A model generated the notes under the pieces. The model made no database searches. It saw only the letters and a program-made list of their open reading frames with translations, and was not told the DNA's origin. This document shows, one piece after another, positions 56,101 to 64,000 of a DNA stretch of 64,000 bases. Origin of the DNA: Candidatus Latescibacterota bacterium (GTDB lineage Bacteria > Latescibacterota > UBA2968); assembly GCA_965198115.1 (NCBI GenBank), contig OZ240241.1, positions 7,392,001-7,456,000 on the forward strand. Direction: 5' to 3'. The position numbers and the translations under genes are program-made. Numbering within the stretch: the stretch's first letter is position 1; each line of letters starts with the position of its first letter.

Positions 56101-56886
56101 TCATCCTTTGCTCCCGTAGATCACGGGGCAAATCTCCCCGTTGTCGATGAAGCGGGTTAGGCCCTTGCGTTCGTTCCCGACCGGACGGCTGTTCTGAGTC
56201 CGCAGGTGGATGGCGAAACTTCGCCGTGGCTGGCCGGAGTTGTTGGCCGTGCTACCGTGAAATGTAAGACAATGGTGGAGGCTGAGACCACCGGCCTTCA
56301 TCAATGCGGGCTCCTCGTTCCACGATTGATCATCGGGAATCCCGATGCCGCTCTTCACTGTGTCTACGTCCTGGCTGTGGAAATCGCTCGCCCCTTCGAA
56401 GAATCCCCATCGATGTGATCCGACAACGAAACGCATCGGTCCACAGTCGGTTTCCACATCGGACAGAGCCACCCAGGCTGTCAACAGTTCGCTGCCTTCT
56501 TCCCAGCTCCCCCAATAGTTTCGATCCTGATGCCAACCGATGTTGACTCTTGAGGTTGCCGAAGCCTCGATGGATGGCTTGTAGAGTAGCTGGACCCACC
56601 AGACCTGAATCCAAGACGCGGTCGTCGCCTCTGCGGCGAGACGTCCGATCTCCGGGTGTGTGACCAGGTCGAAAACGCCCTGACTGGCCTTTTGCGGTTG
56701 TTCGATCTTGCACAGCGTGTCGGGATCGTCCCCTGGATTCCACGGCGAGCCTTCCGGCGGCTGGCCGCGGTCGTATTCGCCTTCGCGGATCGCGTCCATC
56801 CCCTCGACTGCAGCTCTGACGACGTCCCGGGGGAAAACGGGATCGGCACAGATCGCGAAGCCGTTCCGGTCGTAGAAATCCTTCAT
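56101..56886 (-). CDS. PhyH-family Fe(II)/2OG dioxygenase
   Basis: QLLYKP, GWHQD..YW, TAWVALSDV...GPMRFV.GSH, HHCLTFHGS..N....RR. Confidence 0.92.
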   Translation of the reverse strand: MKDFYDRNGFAICADPVFPRDVVRAAVEGMDAIREGEYDRGQPPEGSPWNPGDDPDTLCKIEQPQKASQGVFDLVTHPEIGRLAAEATTASWIQVWWVQLLYKPSIEASATSRVNIGWHQDRNYWGSWEEGSELLTAWVALSDVETDCGPMRFVVGSHRWGFFEGASDFHSQDVDTVKSGIGIPDDQSWNEEPALMKAGGLSLHHCLTFHGSTANNSGQPRRSFAIHLRTQNSRPVGNERKGLTRFIDNGEICPVIYGSKG

Positions 56887-56907
56887 GCTACCCTTAGTTA
56901 TCAGTCG

Positions 56908-57306
56908 CTATACCTCGTGTCGAGTCCCGCTGTCGTTTTCGTCCTCGTTAGCGACGATGTAGTAAATGAGATCGTCCGTGTCGCTCGCGTTGGCGATGCG
57001 ATGACGGGTGCCGGCTGGCTGAATAAAGCAGTCGCCGGGCCCGACCGTGACTTTCTCCCCGTTTCGGGTGACTTCGCCGTTACCCGAGACGACGATAAAA
57101 AGCTCCCACATACGCGAGTGTTCGTGAATCGGACACGGCTTGCACCCCGGCGGTACCCGCGTGAGCTCGACATCGAACGGGTGTGGTTCATCCTCGCTGT
57201 TGCCGAGCGCGACGGAGATATGTTGACGGTAGCGCTCGTAATTTCCCGATTCCCAGGACCATTGCTGGTGCTCGGTTGAGACATCGTTCAGGTTGGTTTT
57301 CCACAT
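56908..57306 (-). CDS. Cupin domain protein
   Basis: HPFDVEL.RVPPG...CP.H.HS..WE.F, GD.F.QP.G..H.I.N. Confidence 0.88.
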   Translation of the reverse strand: MWKTNLNDVSTEHQQWSWESGNYERYRQHISVALGNSEDEPHPFDVELTRVPPGCKPCPIHEHSRMWELFIVVSGNGEVTRNGEKVTVGPGDCFIQPAGTRHRIANASDTDDLIYYIVANEDENDSGTRHEV

Positions 57307-57348
57307 CTGCTTGCTCCAGAGACGAATTCCGAGTTCCGAACGTGATGA

Positions 57349-58116
57349 CTACACGGGGTGCGTAACGATTTGGCCGTTGCGGGCGAGTGGAAGACCGGCG
57401 AAGGCGCATCGGTTTCCCCAGCAGTCGATGGCGTCTTTGGTTTTGTACTCGTTGATGATTTTGTGGCGGGAAACGTTGGTGTAGTTGTGTCCAGCTGTGT
57501 GAACGACCTGCACGTGGATGAACACGACGTCGCCCGGTTCAGCACAGATGGCGACTCCAGCATCATCGCCAACTTCAGCAGGGTCAATTGTGTGGCTGTC
57601 CTCGATTGTGGGCCACTCACTCCGTTTGTGACTACCCGGGATCACCGATGTTGCGCCTTCGTCGACACCCGTAGCGTCGAGGTAGGTGATGGCGGCAGCG
57701 AGTTCGGGCACGGTATGACGTTCGTAGGGCCAGTCCTGATGCCAGCTCTGGTCGTTGACGAAGCCGGGCGGGTTGTTCCTCACCTTGCCGTTGTGAAAGT
57801 CGATATCGGGCCCGAACAGATCGATCAGAACCTGGATGATTCGGGGATCGACAAACTGGTTGTACCAATAGTCGTTGGCGAGGGTCTGGTCCATAATCCC
57901 GCGGACGTTTCTGGGATTGTAGGGATCGATCTCGTAGCCCTCGGCCGGGTCCATAAAACTGTAACGAAGGGCGGCGGGACGTCCTTCGACGTTGGCGATC
58001 AGGTCGTGGAATTGCTCGCGCATCGATGCCATCGTCGGTTCGTCGTAGAAGCCGGGTAGGACGAGATAGCCGTTGTCGTCGAAGAAGGACTTCTGTTCGG
58101 GAGTCAATATCTTCAT
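57349..58116 (-). CDS. PhyH-family Fe(II)/2OG dioxygenase
   Basis: LTPEQKSFFDDNGY, WHQDWP, GAT.VIPGSH, PGDVVFIH..VVH. Confidence 0.92.
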   Translation of the reverse strand: MKILTPEQKSFFDDNGYLVLPGFYDEPTMASMREQFHDLIANVEGRPAALRYSFMDPAEGYEIDPYNPRNVRGIMDQTLANDYWYNQFVDPRIIQVLIDLFGPDIDFHNGKVRNNPPGFVNDQSWHQDWPYERHTVPELAAAITYLDATGVDEGATSVIPGSHKRSEWPTIEDSHTIDPAEVGDDAGVAICAEPGDVVFIHVQVVHTAGHNYTNVSRHKIINEYKTKDAIDCWGNRCAFAGLPLARNGQIVTHPV

Positions 58117-58117
58117 T

Positions 58118-58165
58118 CAGTGACCGTTGACCGTTGACCGTTGACAAGCGACCAGTGACCAGTGA
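58118..58165. repeat. 7-nt tandem repeat (TGACCGT/TGACCAG)
   Basis: cagtgaccgttgaccgttgaccgttgacaagcgaccagtgaccagtga; related block at 60425-60461. Confidence 0.75.
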
Positions 58166-58178
58166 GGGACCGGCAATC

Positions 58179-59147
58179 TCATAGCCAGTTGGGTGGATCG
58201 ATCTTCAGGTCTCGGGCGATTTCCTCGAGCATTTCCTGATGATCGTCGGGAATGGGGATGCCCTCTGTTTCGCAAGCACGCTCGCGTCGCCACTCGAGGG
58301 TGCCGGGGAGCGCGGCCGTGTCGGTGCCGCCGATGGGTGGGAGCGTGAGGCTCTCGTCGATGATCTGGCGCGCACGTGTCTTGAAAACAGCCGCATCGCC
58401 GACTGTGTCCGGGTCGATGGTGACGAACACGAACCCTCGTGTCGCGGCTTTATAGGTACGTTCAGTTTCGGTGCCGGAGTCGCCGGCGAGCACGCCACCG
58501 ACGAGGGTGGAGATGAAGCGCATCCCGAGGCTGCCGAATACCGATTTCGCGAAGCCGGCGGCGATGGCAGTCTCGGCGGTGTCGCTTCGGCCGAATTGGT
58601 TGGCGTTCATATCCAGGACGAGTGGGGGCCCGCCGTCGTCGGACGGTACGGCCATACACATCGGCGGTGACTGCATTGTGTTCCACACCGTGGCATCGGG
58701 ATCGGTCGGTTTCGACCACGCTGTACCGCCGGCTACGCACCAGGAGATGAGACCGTGTGACAAGGCTCGACGGGCGTAGATACCCTCGCTACCGACGTGG
58801 CCGTGGTTACACGTAGACGCGACGGCGATACCGATAGCTTTGGCCTTTTCGCAGACGACGTCCACGCCCCGTGTGGCGACGAGATAGCCGGCGCCCCCGT
58901 CGCCGTCGAGGCGGATGCTGTGATCTGTTTGGCGTAAGATCCGGATGTCAGGCTCGAGATTGATGAGTCCGTCGCGGAATTCGCTCACGTATCGCCGGAG
59001 CTGCCGCGTGCCGTGGCTCTTGACGCCTCGCTTGTCGACGTCGACGAGGCATTGGGCGATGTGGGCAGCGTCCTCGGCACGGACGTCGACGGTTGTGAGG
59101 GCGTTGGTGGCCCAGGTGTGAAGGTCGGTCTCTTTTATGTGAGGCAT
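58179..59147 (-). CDS. Ldh_2 family oxidoreductase (divergent)
   Basis: D.RGV.SHG...L..Y, DGDGG.G, NHGHVGS.G.Y, PLVLDM, LPG..E. Confidence 0.82.
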   Translation of the reverse strand: MPHIKETDLHTWATNALTTVDVRAEDAAHIAQCLVDVDKRGVKSHGTRQLRRYVSEFRDGLINLEPDIRILRQTDHSIRLDGDGGAGYLVATRGVDVVCEKAKAIGIAVASTCNHGHVGSEGIYARRALSHGLISWCVAGGTAWSKPTDPDATVWNTMQSPPMCMAVPSDDGGPPLVLDMNANQFGRSDTAETAIAAGFAKSVFGSLGMRFISTLVGGVLAGDSGTETERTYKAATRGFVFVTIDPDTVGDAAVFKTRARQIIDESLTLPPIGGTDTAALPGTLEWRRERACETEGIPIPDDHQEMLEEIARDLKIDPPNWL

Positions 59148-59159
59148 TGGGTGCCTTCA

Positions 59160-59215
59160 TAGCGCCCCCGTGCGGAGCCCTTCGACTCCGCTCAGGACAG
59201 GCACGGGGGCGAGCG
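59160..59215. repeat. REP hairpin with a 24-nt module inserted in its loop at 59178-59201
   Basis: tagcgcccccgtgcggag[cccttcgactccgctcaggacagg]cacgggggcgagcg; compare 42473-42504. Confidence 0.8.
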
Positions 59216-59285
59216 GGTGTGGTCATCTACCTACCGGCCTGACAACCCCCATCCGAAAGAAGGCCGGTCGGGCAATGTCCGTCGC

Positions 59286-60455
59286 TCAATACAGCAAGTG
59301 CGCGCGATGATCGAAGCATCCATCTGAATCCAGGATGTCGACGATATCCCGATACGACTCACTGCGGTATGCGGCGACAGCGGGTCGGAATATGCGCAAG
59401 TAATCCTGGCGAGCAAAGGGTGTGATCTGCTGCCACGTCCACGATTCTTGTTCGAGTACGTATGGAACGAGCCAATCGAGAGCCCCGCGGATGCATCTGC
59501 CATCCTCGGTTTCGAACTGCCAGAGATCGATGTCGGTATGCTCGGCGAACCGGGCGAGAGAGACGAAAGCGCGCAGGTTGTAAACGCAATAGTGATTGGA
59601 TCGTGTGCGGGCGAGTTCGTGTGGCTGTCTTCCGTCAGGTTCGATCTGCTTCGCGATACGGTCGTCCCTTGCTTCCTTTGCGATGGCCCTGGTGATCCGG
59701 GGATCGCCCGTGTAGAGGGCGATCGCACTGACCTGCGTGTCATACCACGTGCCGTGGTTGTTCTTCGCCCTCGCTTCTCCTCTTCCGAGCTCACTGTGCA
59801 ACAGCCAGTCGCGATAGCTTTTCATCCACATCAGCATATCCGAGCGATCCATATCCGACATCGCCCCGGACACCTCGAGCAAACCGATAGCGTCCACCAG
59901 ACGGGCGTACGCGGTAGTACCGATGATGCCGACCGATCGGCCTTCGCTTCTACCAGGTACGGCCTGGCCATACTCGAGATGCGGATTCATCCGAGTTTCG
60001 GGATCGATGAACCACGTTCTGAGCAATCGGGTTGCGTGGCTCGCAGCCACTTCGTTGTCGAGGAAGAACCATCCGAGCGCGAGTGCTTCGATCGCCGAAC
60101 ACGTTGCCCGCATCCGGTCGGCATCGAACTGGGCTGCTTCAGGGTTGATCTCGCCATCGCGACGGACGTAGGGCAGGCCGTCCGCCGTGTCCGGGTCCGG
60201 CCACCAGTACGGTCCCTGGCTCATGAAATCGTGCTTGTCGCCGCTGGGCGGCACGACGGCCTTGTCCATTACCGAGACGGGTTGGAAGGCGAGAGCTGTT
60301 TCGACGTCGTCGCGGAGACGGTCGACGACGGGCACGAGAGAGGGATCGGCCGACAATGCGCGATGCTTGGCGTCCTGCATCGAGTCGTAGCGCCAGAGGA
60401 AGAGGCGGGGGGTGGAGCTCAACTCATTGACCAGTGACAAATGACCATTGACCAT
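59286..60455 (-). CDS. Alginate lyase family protein (PF05426; PL5/PL38-like); start uncertain
   Basis: PPSGDKHDFMSQGPYWWPDP..GLPYVRRDG, TRMNPHL.YGQ, NNHGTWYD, DG.QP.EL.RTRS.HY. Confidence 0.85.
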   Translation of the reverse strand: MVNGHLSLVNELSSTPRLFLWRYDSMQDAKHRALSADPSLVPVVDRLRDDVETALAFQPVSVMDKAVVPPSGDKHDFMSQGPYWWPDPDTADGLPYVRRDGEINPEAAQFDADRMRATCSAIEALALGWFFLDNEVAASHATRLLRTWFIDPETRMNPHLEYGQAVPGRSEGRSVGIIGTTAYARLVDAIGLLEVSGAMSDMDRSDMLMWMKSYRDWLLHSELGRGEARAKNNHGTWYDTQVSAIALYTGDPRITRAIAKEARDDRIAKQIEPDGRQPHELARTRSNHYCVYNLRAFVSLARFAEHTDIDLWQFETEDGRCIRGALDWLVPYVLEQESWTWQQITPFARQDYLRIFRPAVAAYRSESYRDIVDILDSDGCFDHRAHLLY

Positions 60456-60522
60456 TGACCAAGTCGTGGTGCGGGATCATTGGGAAACTCATAGCAAGGT
60501 GTCATTGCGAAGGGAGAAGCCA

Positions 60523-60557
60523 GTCACTCGTTCTCCCGGTCACCGAGTCTCCCGTTC
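60523..60557. repeat. 8-nt periodic repeat, inverted relative to 36281-36320
   Basis: Reverse complement reads gaacggga gactcggt gaccggga gaacgagt. Confidence 0.6.
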
Positions 60558-60564
60558 AGGCTCT

Positions 60565-62067
60565 TTACGCTCCCCAGATTCGTGGCATTGGCAGTTCCTC
60601 TTTGCCCATTTCGGCGAAGAGGGTTCTGAGAACAAGATCCTGCTTGAGGTGTTGGGCGTCGGGATCGTTCCAAAGGTTATGGACCTCACCGGGGTCTTCC
60701 TGGAGATCGAAGAGCTCGCCGTAGTCGCGGTTGTAGTAGACGGTGAGCTTGTAACGGTCTTCGACGTAGGTCTTGACGTGAACCGTCGTGGGCTCGTGGC
60801 GGTTTTCCACGATGACGTGATCTCGCAATGTCTCCTGACGGCCGTACCAGACATCCGTCTGGTCGAGACCCGTCATCGTCATCGGGACGTCGATGCCGGC
60901 CGCGCTCAGGAACGAGGGCGCGAAGTCGACGAGAGATTGCAGTGATGTGGAGCGCTTGCCCTCGGGCACCTTGCCGGGTTGGCTGACGATGAGGGGGACG
61001 CGGATCATATCCTCGTAGTGGAAAGCGCCCTTGGCCTTGAGCCCGTGCTGACCGAAGAAGTGGCCGTGGTCTGACGTGAAGACGACGAGGGTGTTCTCGG
61101 CGAGCCCGAGTGCCTCGAGCTTGTCGAGGATCTGGCCGATCTGCTTGTCCATCAAGCTGATCATTCCATAGTAGCAGGCGATGTCCTTCGCAAGCTCGTC
61201 GCGATCGTGCAGGTGGGACGAGAAACCGTGCAGCCCTTTCCCGCTCTCTTTTAAAGCAGAGAAGTCCGGATTCTCGGTTTGTGTGAGCTGGAAGTGGGGC
61301 GGGTTGTTTTCGTGCTCGCCTTCGCTGATGCCGGGGACCGTGATGGAGCCCGGATCATACACCGTGTCCCACGGTTCGGGGACCAGATACTTGGGATGTG
61401 GATCGAAGAAGCTGGACCACAGGAAGAACGGCTCGTCGTTCCCGGCGTACTGGTCGAGGAGCGCGCAGGAGCGTTCGGCGATCCAGGTCCCATAGTGGTA
61501 TTTCTCGGGGATCAGCCACTTTCGCTTCTGGCTGTCGTTGTTGCCCGTCGGTGGACGGTAGTAATCACGCCAGTTATCGCACCCGTTTTCCTCGAGCCAG
61601 ATGGCATAGTGCTGGCCGACGTGGGCTTCGTCCGTGTGGTTGCGTGCGAGCTCCACGTGTTCGAACCCGTAGAAAGGCTCGTCGAACTGACGCCAGAAGT
61701 CGAGGTCCTGCATAATCGGATACGACTCGAGCGATGGGTATTCGTCGGTGCCGTGAAGGGGCTGAAAGTGGGCCTTGCCGACGAGGGTGGTTCGGTAGCC
61801 GGCGGCTTGAAAGTCTTCACCGACCGTGTGTTCGGATTCGTCGAGCTTGGTGCCAAGCGAATACGCACCGTGTTGGCTGGGATATTTGCCCGTGATGATG
61901 GACGCACGCGTGGGTGTACACGTCGGGTTTGGACAATATCCGCGCGTGAAGAGGGTGCCCCTCGCCGCGAGGCGATCGAGGTTGGGTGTCTCGATCTCTG
62001 GATTGAGGCAGCCGAGCGTGTTCCAGTGTTGCTGGTCGCTGGTGATCAGGAGGATGTTTGTGGGCAC
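60565..62067 (-). CDS. Sulfatase (Cys-type, choline-sulfatase/arylsulfatase-like)
   Basis: NILLITSDQ, CTPTRAS (CxPxR), GKAH, SFFDPH, FTSDHG, ELFDL..DP.E..NL. Confidence 0.93.
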   Translation of the reverse strand: MPTNILLITSDQQHWNTLGCLNPEIETPNLDRLAARGTLFTRGYCPNPTCTPTRASIITGKYPSQHGAYSLGTKLDESEHTVGEDFQAAGYRTTLVGKAHFQPLHGTDEYPSLESYPIMQDLDFWRQFDEPFYGFEHVELARNHTDEAHVGQHYAIWLEENGCDNWRDYYRPPTGNNDSQKRKWLIPEKYHYGTWIAERSCALLDQYAGNDEPFFLWSSFFDPHPKYLVPEPWDTVYDPGSITVPGISEGEHENNPPHFQLTQTENPDFSALKESGKGLHGFSSHLHDRDELAKDIACYYGMISLMDKQIGQILDKLEALGLAENTLVVFTSDHGHFFGQHGLKAKGAFHYEDMIRVPLIVSQPGKVPEGKRSTSLQSLVDFAPSFLSAAGIDVPMTMTGLDQTDVWYGRQETLRDHVIVENRHEPTTVHVKTYVEDRYKLTVYYNRDYGELFDLQEDPGEVHNLWNDPDAQHLKQDLVLRTLFAEMGKEELPMPRIWGA

Positions 62068-62284
62068 AGTGGTCGCCTGCTCGTCAGGAGTTGGGTGGAG
62101 ATAGGAACTGCAGGGGGGCAGGGAGCTGGGGGGTGCCGTCTTTCTCTCCCCTGCCCCCTGCCAATGTGGAGCCGAATATTGCAATCTGCGGTGCGAAAGC
62201 ACAAGTGAGCTGCAAGTTGTGGCACATTGATGTTCTGGGTAACATAGATCCTATGTATCGAATCACGCACGAGAGACAGGCGTT

Positions 62285-63223
62285 TTGAGCGAGCGAACGA
62301 TCATACTGCGAGCGACGTGTTCGATCGGGGTGACGGATTCGGAGGTTTTTGCTGATACGTTCGAGTCGCGTCTGGCACCGGTGCTTCTCGACCTCGGTCT
62401 GAGGTCAACCTCCGAGTCGGGACGAAAGACGATCCCTGGCACGTATGCTCGGCTCTTCGCGGCCGATGGGTCGAAAGTGCTGACCGAACTCAGAGCGTTA
62501 TTGGGTTCAAACGACGGCTTCAACGAGACCCTCCGTGATTTGGGATGGAATCTGGGCGTTGCCGGAGTCGACGGGTTGTTGCCGTTTCAGCTGGAGCTTT
62601 ACAGAGCCGACATCGGTCCTGGAGAGCGCACAAAACCGCAACTGGGGTCTCCCTGGACCACCTTCAACGCAGCCGATGGGCTCGGAAGCGGGTTCGTGAT
62701 GGGGATCCGGCGCGCCAGAGACGGGACGATGTGGATGGCGACTTTCGGCGGCGGGGTAACAAGCTACGACGGCCGGGCGTTCGAGATGCTGACCGAGCGC
62801 GACGGTCTCGCGAACGACCAGGTGCTGTGCGTTGTCCAGGATGCGAGCGGTCACTTCTGGTTCGGCACGGAAGACGGTCTGAGCCGATACAACGGACAGA
62901 CGTTCACGACGTATACGACGCAGGACGGGCTCAGCCACAATCGCATTCGGACCGTTTACCAGGATTCGACAGGACGCATCTGGATCGGGACCGAGGAAGG
63001 TCTTGATTACATCGAGGATGACGAGGTTCGAAACTCCGACCTGCTGTCCGAAGATCTGATCGGAACGCTCAGCATTTTCGAGGACAGCGGCGGGGCGCTG
63101 TGGTTCGGCACGTATCGCGGTCTCGTGAGATACGTCGAGGGATCGACGCGGACACTGTCCGTGGCGGACGGCTTGGCCGATCGTCGGGTGTGGTCCATCG
63201 CGGAGGACGAGGAAGGCCATATG
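62285..63223 (+). pseudogene. Ligand-binding sensor protein with two-component-regulator beta-propeller repeats, truncated by IS1380-like DNA
   Basis: Repeats DGL.....V..I.QD..G..W.GT..GL; the last repeat breaks at EDEEGHM where lower-GC sequence CCTGAATCATGCAT begins. Confidence 0.8.
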
Positions 63224-63925
63224 CCTGAATCATGCATGAATTTGAGTTTAGGTTGTTTTGGAGTGATGTGATCACGCACAGGATTTGTTCTCGGCTTCTT
63301 CGGATGTCCAAGGTCCCGTAAGCGGTCTCTACGAGTCGCAAGAGTCACGATTTTCGTCCGGAACAGGTGTTGTTTTGCGACGTGTACATAGCTGTCCCCG
63401 GTATAGATCGGCGTTGTTACTGCGTGTTCGTTTCGAGCCTGGTGATGATTGACACCAAGACGTTTTTGAGTGGATACGATGTTGGAAAATGGAATCGGAT
63501 TCTTCGTGCGCTTTCAATGACTCTCGCGCCGATTTTGAGGAAACGGTTCTGTATCGTGTTGACCTGAGGTTTGGTCCACGCGGTGCCCTTGAGTCCCTGT
63601 GATCGGAGTGCGTGAAGCAAGGTGTATGCAGCACTGTGTAGAAAGAGTCGGAACTGGTTGGCTTCAAACTTGTGGCACGATGTTCGATCGGAGTGAAGGA
63701 ATGTTTTGTGGTCCTTGATGAAGCCTTCCGTGCGTCCCCTTGCGCAGTAGATACGATCATAGATAAAGCCGTCTCGATTACTCTGTAAATTGGTCACGCG
63801 GTATCTTGGATTTGCTTCGCCGTTTGTGACACCCCCTTCGCTTTGATTGTCCTACACACACAACCAAGCGTAGGGAACGATCTATGACCTTGTCATTCTA
63901 TAGTTTCACCGTTGAGAAATCCGGA
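63224..63925 (-). mobile_element. IS1380-family remnant with internally deleted transposase; far boundary uncertain
   Basis: CCTGAAT... end at 63224, drop in GC content, only a C-terminal transposase fragment present. Confidence 0.6.
63417..63830 (-). pseudogene. IS1380-family (DDE_Tnp_1_4) transposase C-terminal fragment
   Basis: NPRYRVTNL, YCARG.TEGFIKDHK, DRTSCHKFEANQFRLFLHSAAY.L, FLKIGARV.ESARRIR.HFP.SYP. Confidence 0.85.
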
Positions 63926-64000
63926 TAGAGCCATAATTATAGACTGTTATTGTTTAGAACAAGTTACACGCGTGATATGCTTTGATCTGGCGCGGCGAGC

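Noticed and set aside
63905-63930. CCGGATTTCTCAAC (minus strand) as a firm IS1380 left inverted repeat
   Set aside because: Only weak similarity to CCTGAATCATGCAT and no matching target duplication; the boundary is left uncertain.

Overview
GC-rich bacterial chromosomal region with about 50 genes. Almost all host genes are on the minus strand. The content is catabolic and accessory: five cytoplasmic GHL10/DUF187-like TIM-barrel proteins, six PhyH-type Fe/2OG dioxygenases, three Gfo/Idh/MocA oxidoreductases, three enolase-superfamily dehydratases, three MDR dehydrogenases, two Ldh_2 enzymes, two sialidase-like propellers, PhnX and PhnZ-like phosphonate enzymes, an alginate-lyase-family protein, a sulfatase and a DUF6785-like membrane protein. 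This repertoire suggests Latescibacterota/Poribacteria-type organisms (inference only). Mobile DNA comprises three near-identical ISAzo13-family copies (one splits a GNAT gene, one sits at a probable stop codon, one sits in a repeat) and an IS1380 remnant truncating a propeller sensor. Several genes are broken by frameshifts, an in-frame TAG or deletions. The most unusual signals are: (1) 23-41 nt CCC..TTCG..AGG micro-modules cleanly inserted at purine^C sites inside other repeats, with empty-site counterparts in the same window and one triple nest; (2) a recurring gene-leader cassette of 9/10-nt periodic repeats plus a CCTATTCGGGA box; (3) a MetF/MTHFR-like barrel fused to a class I SAM-methyltransferase-like domain; (4) ISAzo13 copies flanked by inverted TTA/TAA rather than a direct repeat. 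No rRNA, tRNA or CRISPR array was recognised. All calls are by-eye motif recognition; no database was run.
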